Of a DNA stretch of 64,000 nucleotides, positions 56,196 through 64,000 are shown piece by piece. The translations under genes and the position numbers were made by a program. The notes under the pieces were generated by a model, which saw nothing but the letters and a program-made list of their open reading frames with translations, was not told the origin of the DNA and ran no database searches. This DNA is from Diplonema japonicum (Eukaryota > Protista > Euglenozoa: Diplonemea): NCBI GenBank assembly GCA_964019335.1, contig OZ025700.1, forward strand, positions 124,001 to 188,000. Reading direction: 5' to 3'. Numbering within the stretch: position 1 is the stretch's first letter; each line of letters opens with the position of its first letter.

Positions 56196-58949
56196 TTACA
56201 CGGCCAGAGCCCTGAGAGGGTCTCCAGCTGGAGAAGAAGGGAGTTGTGTGCCTCTACGCATTCCAGGCATCCGAGAAGGCCACACGCGCACGTTTAAAGG
56301 GATCCAAGGAAAGCTGTAACCCGGCGGACGGTGCAGCCTCAGGAGGCCGGGTGTCACGTCCTTGTCTACAACAAGGACCTTCGCGGGGCCTGCTCCAGAT
56401 GGGCTGTACTGCATCAGCAGGTTTGTAACCTGAAGAAGGTTTTGGATCGAGTTTTGTGGGTCGCCTTTCTCTATAGGCTGCACCAATAGTTCATACTGCG
56501 ATGGGATTCGTACCTTTATTATTATTATTATGATTTTATTTCTTTTTTTTTTTTTTCCACATACCGCCAACCACGGCAGCCCCACAGTGCCCGGTGGGAG
56601 CATCGACGGCCCCTTCACCGACCCCAGTACTTTGTCCAGTGCCGCCCCGTTCTGTTTTTTTTCAAAAATTATTATTATTATTTTTCCTCAAAATGTGGAA
56701 ATACCTTAAACAGGATGAAGTCATGCAGGTCCCCCAACGGGATGCACCTGTCGACCTCGCCGGTGGGGTCCAGCAGGTACACAGCCTCGCGACCGACAAA
56801 CAGAAGCTACAAAAAAATGTGAAAATCATGTTTTTTTCGATAATACCTTTGAGCTCGGCCACAGCACCTGTGAGTCAATTGGGTTGGGGGTGTCGTACGT
56901 GGGCGGCATGGTGCGCGACTCCATGCAGATCACCTCTGCGGTGTAGAAGATCTCTGGTGCGCCGTTCTGCCACTGCACAGTGAGCAGCCTGGACAGGCCT
57001 GGTGAGGTCAGCACCGTGTGCGGGATTTTCGATAGCAGTTCATCGGGACGAAGCGCAGAGGGGAAACCCTGCTGCTGCATCTGAGCAAGCTCTTCCATGT
57101 GCCCTGGTTGCCACTGCCTCTGGACAGCAGGCGTTTGCATTCTCTGCGGTGACTGAGGATGAGCCCTGGGAGACGCATGCTTAGACGACCTGTACATTGG
57201 CGAGGCAGGTGCGCTGCTAGCTGCTGCATTAGAAGTGGTGGGGGCCTTTATTGCCCCGCCTCCTTGAGGCTTGAGCTCGCCACGTCGTATCGAAGGGAAG
57301 AACCTCTCGTTTGTGGACGCACGCCATGAACATGATATCTGAGGTGTTTGGCTGCCGACACCTACCTTGCTGACGACGACTTGCAGCACAGTCGACAGCA
57401 GCTGGTCGAAGGTGGGCTCGGGGTCACGCGACATCGCGGTGCAGAAACCAGACGCGATAGCACCGGATGCGATGACAGACTGCGCGGGTGGTTGCTTGCC
57501 TTTCCAGCTGCTGAGCTGCAGGACCTTGCCAGCAGGAACCGGCATTTCTTGAAAGGTGCTTTTCACGCCGCCTTCCGCCGTGGTTTTCAACTTGTAAGGA
57601 AGGTTGAGAAGCGTCCCTGCGGAACAAGAGTCGCACACAACGGTAAGCTTGGCCCCTGCAGGGAGCGGGTTCACGATGAGCTTTTTCAGTTCCTCCTCAG
57701 TGATGACGCCTCCTGTCTCCCGTGTGTTGAAATCGCACGGGTACAGGGCTTCGTAAGGCCCGTCGCGGATTTCGTTTTTTTGCTGTTGCATGCAGTGGCC
57801 CACGAAGCACAAGAAAAGCGCGTCGCCGGGGCCGACGGTGGAGACAAGCCATTTGAGGTTTTCAAGGATGTTGGCCTTCGTAGGTTGAATGGAGTTGGGC
57901 TCCTCTGTGAGGATACGGATGTTCTCTTGCGGGCAAAAGTTCAACCCTTCCATGATACCCACTATCGCTCGTGCCTCCGACGCGGAGTTTCTAAGCTTGA
58001 ACGAGGAGTCGAGATATCCGACTCCGATGGCAAGAAGTTTGTTCCCGCCGGGTTTCGTGTTGGAAAGAGGCATTGGTGTGAGCCCCGGGAGTGCGGTTAC
58101 TACAAATTTGTATGTTGTTGTTTTCAACCCCCGAAGGTTGCCTACAACGGCACGAAGCTGTTTTGAGGTGTCTACTGGTTGGGAGTTGACCGATTGAAGA
58201 ACACCGCAGGGAACTCCCGCGGCACCGGCTGGGGATTTCGGGTCGATTTTAACAAGCAGAACTCTTTGCGTTGGGGTCCTTTCGTCTTCGTAATCTATAC
58301 CGAGCTCACCGTTAGGGTCCGTTAGCTGGACTGTGTATGTGTTTGGAGCTGATTCTGAAGGCGGAGATTTTGCTGAATCGAGGCCTCGTGCGGAGTTTGA
58401 AGGGATGGAAGGTTCTTGTTCGTGTTTTGTGAGCTCGCCCTTGGCGAGCTTCCACTGAACCGTTTCATAAGCTGCAGTTTTTTTGAGGTTGCAGTTGGTT
58501 TCGTTGAGCTTCGGGCTGTTCGTCCGATCGATAATGCGCAGGTCTTCATTGACAAGAACTTTTCGCCAGTAGTTTATTATGCTGAGAATGTCATTGCCGC
58601 CGCTTACCTTTGACGGTGGGTCTTCCGCGATGTCCGTTTGCTGGAATAATATATCGGGTTCGTTTACATCTTCGTTTAGCTGTAACAGAATTGTGAGCTG
58701 CCCGTTTTCGGCTTTTTGGATCGCTGCGGACTTTAGGGATTTGTGTAGGATTACTCTCCTGATTCTTTGCATCCTTGTGCCTGCAAAGGCTGTGAAGGTG
58801 GAGCTGACCACCATCACCCTCTTGAGCCGCTTTCCCTTGCTTGAAATCTTTTCTACCTCGCGGCAAGCGTAAATAGGCAAATGCTTGTCGAACACCTTGA
58901 AGCGCTCCACCGGCTTCACCGTGCTGAACGGGCCTGGGCTGAGTATCAT
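56196..58949 (-). CDS. Multidomain metacaspase: PH/TH1-like, PDZ-like, peptidase C14, PH/TH1-like (4 exons)
   Basis: LLAIGVGY, PTKANI...LKWLV, GDALFLCFVGHC, LYPCDF, CDSCSAGTLLNLPY and QTPQISCS. Introns 56807-56846, 56652-56704 and 56514-56564. ATG 58949. Confidence 0.88.
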
Positions 58950-59274
58950 TTTTTTTTTTTTTCTTCCCTCCCCCGCCCACCGACCTCTAGGGATTGGAAA
59001 AACTTTTTTTGAAAACATTTTTTTTTTTTTTTTTTTTTTTTTGGGAAAAAAAAAAAAAAAAATACTGATGAGAAAAAAGTTTTTTTGAAAAAAACAAAAA
59101 AGAATTTGGGAAAGGGGTGTGGAAAAAAAAAACAAAAAAAAAAGGGGGTAAGATTGATAATAATAAAAACAAAAACAAAAAAATGATGGGAGGCGTAAAA
59201 AAAAAAAAATAAAACACAAAAAAAAAAATATTAACCCCTTCTTTCTTTCTTTCTTTCTTTTTTTTTTTTTTTTT

Positions 59275-59789
59275 TTACGAGCTGTCGTTTACTCTGTTCA
59301 TGATTCCTCTCAATTTTGCGTAGACTTTCGTTGCGGGCGACCCGCGCACCAGGTCGACCATGGCGTCTCTTGCGATTTTTGTGTTTTGGAAGCTGCCCAT
59401 TATGTGGATGTGGGTGTCGGCAAGGACTATTCTAGACCGGGTTAAATTTTCAATGGTGAATTTTGTCTTGCCGTGCGTTCCCGACATTCTGCCGATACAT
59501 CTAGAGAGAGAGTCGCCTTCCAGGGTTTTTACGTCTTTTACCTCGAAAGAATCCAAGTAGATGTCGTCCAGTCGCAGCAACGCCACCGCATCTGAAACCT
59601 CGAACCCTAATACGAAGGCTCTCACAAAATCCTCCGCCTTCGTCAGCAAACCCAAGTCAGGGGTCTCCTTCGATGGTCTGATCTCCACACTCCTGTTCTT
59701 CAGGTTCATCCTGACTTCCAAAAAACATTGTTCCACAAGCGGGGTGTAAATTTCCATCCAAGATTTTTTAAGTCCGCTGTATCGGTGCT

Positions 59790-59820
<31 letters not shown>

Positions 59821-59927
59821 CCTTCTTTTTTTTTTTCCCCCCTCAAAATACAAACCTGCGGGATCTTTACCCTCCTAATCTCAATTTTTTTTTCTTTGTC
59901 CGCGTTCGGCTTTGCAAAAATTTTTGA

Positions 59928-59930
<3 letters not shown>
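59275..59930 (-). CDS. PNO1: Pre-rRNA processing KH protein Pno1/Dim2 (2 exons)
   Basis: Intron 59788-59855 gives IRRVKIPQ|HRYSGLKKSWMEIYTPLVE...ALLRLDDIYLDSFEVKDVKTL.GD.LSR.IGR..G..GKTKFTIEN. Confidence 0.96.
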
Positions 59931-59963
<33 letters not shown>

Positions 59964-60767
59964 CGTGTGTGTGTCTTTTTTTTTTTTTTTGATTTCGCGG
60001 TTGGGGGAGAAAAAAATATTCAAAAAAAAAAAAGGTAGTAAAAATTAAGCAAAACAAACTTTAAAGGTGAAGGAAAAAAAAAAAAAAAAAAAAAAAAGGA
60101 AACTATTCTTTCATTTGGGTATGCGTCATTTCGCGCTTTTAAGAATAAAAAAAAGAAAAAAGAAAGCTACAAGATATCTGGATCTTGTGTTTTGTTTGTC
60201 CTCCGTTCTCGCAATTCTCTTTTTCTTTAAAAGGTGTGGGGGGGGGGGGATTTCTTTTTTATTTATTTCCCAAGTGATAATTATTTTTAAAGCTTTTTTT
60301 TTGTTTTCTTTCTTTTGTACAATATAAAAAAATATAAAAAAAAGAACTGGAGGTGTGAGAGGAGGAGGAACAACAAAAAAAAAAGCGGAGGTAATGGGAG
60401 TATCGCGGAAAAAATTCTAAAAAAAAAGAACGAAATCGGAAGAAGTAGAAAGAGTGAAATTTTAAAGAGCGAAACAATCCATCTACCTTCAACGACCTAC
60501 CGGTTGGAAAAAAAAAAAAAAAAGAAAAAAAGAAAAAAAAGGTCAATAGGGGGGGACGTACTCGATCGTACCAAACAATCAAAAGATCAGAGTTTGAAGG
60601 CAAGTTCCACGAGAGGACTGTTCTTGGGAGACTATTAATTTGATGAGTTCTCCCCCCTCCCCCCCTGCTCCCCTTTTGAAAACAGTTGCGAGAAAAAAAA
60701 ATATGCAACCCACCCTAAATCAATAGGGTGGGGCCCGCTACACTTCCCCCCCCCCTTTTTTTTAAAT

Positions 60768-63440
60768 TCAGCCTTCCCTCGGGTTCAGCGACATTTTCGC
60801 CTTTCGTGATTTGTATCTTGCAAGGCGTCGTTTTGTGTCGTCAGAGGCAGAGGGTGGGGAAGTTTCCCTAAAGGACCGCCCTCCTTCCCCAGACGGCTCA
60901 GGCAGCTGCTTCTCATGTGCTTGTAAAACACGTAGCCACGCCCTTGCTGACTCTTTAACATCGGCCGACGTGACCAAAGTCTCTTGCTCCCTGTAGTCCA
61001 ACCATCCTTGAGCACCTTGAAGCATAAAATGCCCGCTGCGCGAACTGCTAGGCGAAGGCAGCTCGGTGTCAACACAGCCTTTGATAGCTTGCATGACAAG
61101 GTCCAGACGGCGAACCTCCTCCCAGTCTTCTCTAGAACATGCTGTTTGACGCTTTGTAAGCAGCCGTCTTTGGAGGTTATCACTTCCATGAGAGCTACGT
61201 GGAGAAGGTGCTTCACCTGTCAAGCCCAAGATAGGTATGCTTCTCTCCCAGGATGCTACGACAGTTGCGCGCTTCACGACCTGTGAGTGGGTGGGGAAAA
61301 GGAAAAGAAGAGACGATACCTCATCGCACTCGATGACAGCTAGTGTTTCTTGTAGTTGGACGTCGATGTAGTTTGGGCTGGTGACGTCGCTTGTTCTTAA
61401 GAGGTCTTCGAGGTCTTTTGTCGGTGTGGCCATTTCGCTTTCCCTTGCGACGCTCTCACACCTTTCTCTCTCCTTCATCACCGCGATTTCTCTGGCAGCG
61501 ACCTGCTCCGCTTGTTGCTGTCTTTCTTCCTTTTCCTTCTTGTCCTCTTCTTCTTGCAGAAGTCGCATCATCGCTTCTTCCTTTTCTCTTTCCCTTTGCT
61601 TCTTCTCTTGATCCATTTGTGCTTCTTCCAGCTGCTCTGCGCGTAGAGCTTCTGCATTCATTTCTTCCTGTCGTGCTTCTTCAGCTTTCTTCTCGGCCTT
61701 TGCAGCTTCTGCAAGGCGTGTTTCTTCCGCACGATGTGCTTCCCTTTGAAGCCTTTCAAGTTCTTCTAATTCTACCCTCTTTGCCAAACGAGCTTCTTCC
61801 TCGGCTTTGCTCGCCTGTTCCCTTCTCTGTATTTCTTCTTCCTCCTCGCTTTTTCGAAGTTTTTCCGCTGCTTCTTCTTCTTCCGCCTTGCGAATCTGCT
61901 CTTCAGCTCTACGCTGTTCTTGCTCTCTACGCTTTACTTGAATTACTAGCTCTCGAGTTTTGCGGGCTTCTTCTTCTTGTTTCGCTGCTTCTTCGGCTTT
62001 GCGGGTCTCCTCTTCTTCTGCGCGTCTTTTTTCCACCTCATCTGCTTTACGAAGCTCTTCTTCCTCGGTTTTACGCTGCGCTGCTTCTTCTTCGGCCACG
62101 CGGGTTTTTTCCTCTTCTTCCGCCTTGCGAATCTGCTCTTCAGCTCTACGCTGTTCTTCCTCTCGAGTTTTGCGGGCTTCTTCTTCTTGTTTTGCTGCTT
62201 CTTCGGCTTTGCGGGTCTCCTCTTCTTCTGCGCGTCTTTTCTCCACCTCTTCTGCTTTACGAAGCTCTTCTTCCTCGGTTTTACGCTTCGCTGCTTCTTC
62301 GGCCATACGGGCTTCTTCCTCTTCTTTTTCCGCTTTACGTGCCGCCTCTTCTTTGGCCCTGCTGGCTTCTTCCTCAGCTTTACGTTGGAGCGCTTCTTCT
62401 TCGGTTCTACGTGTTGCCTCTGCGAGGCGGGTTTCAGCTTTGCGCATCTCAGCGAGAATCGCTTCTTGTTCTTCTTCTTCCCTGCGTGCCTCTTCCGCAA
62501 GACGTTCTTGTGCCTCCAGCGCAAGACGTATCTCTTCCTCACTCTCTTCGTCATCGCTCTCAAGGATGCCCTCGACTCTGCAGCCGCCACCGTTGCTATG
62601 TGTTTCATCTGTGGCTGCCTCCTCCAGCTCCTCGTGTGAGCCTCTTGCAGCTTCCCATTGCAGATGTGCTTCTAGGTTAGATGCGATGGTGCTGACGATT
62701 TCTTCGGGCAACGCGAAGAGGTCAGTTGGCGGCCACGTGCCCTCCCACCAAGGGGGCTCTTGCGAAGTGAGGTGCATGCGGATGCTCTCAACAGACCGGC
62801 GTTTGAAGGAGAGGCGCCGCATGGCGGCGGTATGCGCCTCTGCTGCCTGTTGCTTGTCCGCTTCCATTTTCTGCTTGACGAGATTTCTTGCTTCGAGGGT
62901 GGCTTGCTGGGCTTCCTCGTCGGCAACACGCTCGGCCTGAAGGCGGGCTTTGCGCTGACGTTCAAGCGCAGCCACTGGGCATTCTTCCTCTTTAGCGGAC
63001 TCGCAAGTGAGGTTCAGGAAATCGAGGACATCCGGGGAGAGGTCAAGGTCTGAGAGGTTGTCGACCACCTCGGGGGACAAGGGGAGGACCTCATCTGTGA
63101 AGACCTCGACGAACAGTGCCGGGCCCCCTGTGGTCGAGTAGTAGACGATGTCATAGCCTTCGGAGGTCTCGAGGTGCAGCAGCTGCCCCTCTTCACTTGT
63201 CTTGATGTCTATGACAGTCGTTACCTCCTCCCGCTTCACCACCTCGCCCTCCCCCGTCAGCAGGTACAGCCCGTACTCTGTCAGGGCCAGCCCCTCAGCG
63301 GTCAACCCGCCTTCCGTCAGTATCACCTTTCCACTCCCACTGAAATGCAGAACCTCGTCTCCGTGATTCGTAGCAGCCTCGCTCTTCTCCTGCCACCCAA
63401 GGGCATCCCTCGCGGTATCGGGGCAGCTTAGTAAACCCAT
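60768..63440 (-). CDS. Glu/Ala/Arg/Lys-rich coiled-coil protein with an N-terminal PH-like region
   Basis: 890-codon ORF with a probable in-frame 39-nt intron at 61281-61319 and a long charged helix. Confidence 0.8.
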   Translation of the reverse strand: MGLLSCPDTARDALGWQEKSEAATNHGDEVLHFSGSGKVILTEGGLTAEGLALTEYGLYLLTGEGEVVKREEVTTVIDIKTSEEGQLLHLETSEGYDIVYYSTTGGPALFVEVFTDEVLPLSPEVVDNLSDLDLSPDVLDFLNLTCESAKEEECPVAALERQRKARLQAERVADEEAQQATLEARNLVKQKMEADKQQAAEAHTAAMRRLSFKRRSVESIRMHLTSQEPPWWEGTWPPTDLFALPEEIVSTIASNLEAHLQWEAARGSHEELEEAATDETHSNGGGCRVEGILESDDEESEEEIRLALEAQERLAEEARREEEEQEAILAEMRKAETRLAEATRRTEEEALQRKAEEEASRAKEEAARKAEKEEEEARMAEEAAKRKTEEEELRKAEEVEKRRAEEEETRKAEEAAKQEEEARKTREEEQRRAEEQIRKAEEEEKTRVAEEEAAQRKTEEEELRKADEVEKRRAEEEETRKAEEAAKQEEEARKTRELVIQVKRREQEQRRAEEQIRKAEEEEAAEKLRKSEEEEEIQRREQASKAEEEARLAKRVELEELERLQREAHRAEETRLAEAAKAEKKAEEARQEEMNAEALRAEQLEEAQMDQEKKQREREKEEAMMRLLQEEEDKKEKEERQQQAEQVAAREIAVMKERERCESVARESEMATPTKDLEDLLRTSDVTSPNYIDVQLQETLAVIECDEVSSLLFLFPTHSQVVKRATVVASWERSIPILGLTGEAPSPRSSHGSDNLQRRLLTKRQTACSREDWEEVRRLDLVMQAIKGCVDTELPSPSSSRSGHFMLQGAQGWLDYREQETLVTSADVKESARAWLRVLQAHEKQLPEPSGEGGRSFRETSPPSASDDTKRRLARYKSRKAKMSLNPREG
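61875..62330 (-). repeat. Intragenic ~210-bp tandem duplication in the charged helix
   Basis: KTEEEELRKA.EVEKRRAEEEETRKAEEAAKQEEEARKTRE...EQRRAEEQIRKAEEEE is repeated with near-identical DNA. Confidence 0.85.
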
Positions 63441-63597
63441 TGCGGCATTGCTATGTGTGTGTGGGAGGCGTCCCTGAGTTTATTTTTTCCCCCCCTTTTT
63501 CTTCCCTTCCCGGACGGGCGAAACAATAAAAAGAGGAAGGGAAAAAAAAAAAAATAATAATAATAATAAACAGGTAATAATAATAATAAAAAAGCGA

Positions 63598-64000
63598 TCA
63601 TTGAGCGATCGTGCCAGGGCTCCGCCCCAGCAAGTTAGCAGCCGACCAGACGTGTTCGCACCCGTCGCCCCGCTCTATCCTGTCGGCAAGGTCGGCGGCA
63701 ATGAGTTCCAAGTATGCCGCCATGTGCAGCGAATGGTGGCAGATAAGAGATGTTACGATAGGGAGAAGCGAATGCGGGGGCAGGGTGTGGGGCGGATGCA
63801 AGAAAACATCAGAATCTGGCGAGGAAATAGATAGCAAGACAGCCTCGAAAGGGGAGAGGCTTGGGGCAGCGGGAAGCAAGGAAAGAAGCTGCTCAAGCTC
63901 CTTCGACCCACAACGCGCAGCGGCTGCACAAGCTCTGACTAAAGTACCAACGTCAGTATACCGGAAAGCAATGATCACAGAGAGAACGTTTTCTTTGATG
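63598..64000 (-). CDS. 3' end of a hypothetical protein (starts beyond the window)
   Basis: Coding-like open frame ending in TGA at 63598, followed by a T-rich spacer. Confidence 0.65.
   Translation of the reverse strand, partial: IKENVLSVIIAFRYTDVGTLVRACAAAARCGSKELEQLLSLLPAAPSLSPFEAVLLSISSPDSDVFLHPPHTLPPHSLLPIVTSLICHHSLHMAAYLELIAADLADRIERGDGCEHVWSAANLLGRSPGTIAQ

Noticed and set aside
82-60708. Numerous poly-Lys/poly-Phe/poly-Gly ORFs and N-terminal ORF extensions (e.g. 25716-25961, 38240-38654, 58950-59219)
   Set aside because: Translations of stop-free homopolymer spacers and UTRs; better ATGs with A-rich leaders and signal peptides or conserved starts lie downstream.
61391-62940. 429-aa and 326-aa plus-strand ORFs
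   Set aside because: Antisense to the GAA/GCA-rich charged helix; low-complexity Ser/Leu/Phe translations.
1-64000. Spliced-leader RNA, tRNA, rRNA or C/D snoRNA genes; non-canonical (non-GT-AG) introns; alternative genetic code
   Set aside because: No recognisable RNA-gene motifs by eye. All frame breaks except the tubulin one resolve with GT-AG introns, and TAA, TAG and TGA all serve as stops.

Overview
Eukaryotic nuclear DNA, most likely a diplonemid (Euglenozoa). That assignment is inferred from gene style and layout, not proven. All ~25 host protein genes lie on the minus strand across the whole 64 kb. They are separated by spacers built from A/T/G/C homopolymer blocks and interrupted by 26 hand-reconstructed GT-AG introns (38-71 nt, plus one of 795 nt). 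About 10 of these introns carry a poly(A) tract where the polypyrimidine tract should be, and 21 of 26 are phase 0. Recognisable genes: GT61 glycosyltransferase, Kelch-repeat kinase with a tyrosine-kinase signature, myotubularin, divergent frameshifted alpha-tubulin, RING-H2 protein, PDE6D, RPL35, F-box, 2xRRM, DNAL4, SAP, C2/SAM, PDZ-metacaspase and PNO1. A ~20-kb array (16.3-36.8 kb) holds six related Cys-rich type I surface-protein genes (four short, two giant). It shows CDS-restricted homogenisation, mosaic patches, swapped cytoplasmic tails and two conserved non-coding elements, one of which looks like a shared 21-nt leader micro-exon. Mobile DNA: a deleted hAT element abutting a foldback MITE, a truncated TAGGG-ended element, and relics of a non-LTR retrotransposon with an OTU protease. 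All exon models were assembled by eye, and homopolymer lengths may be unreliable.
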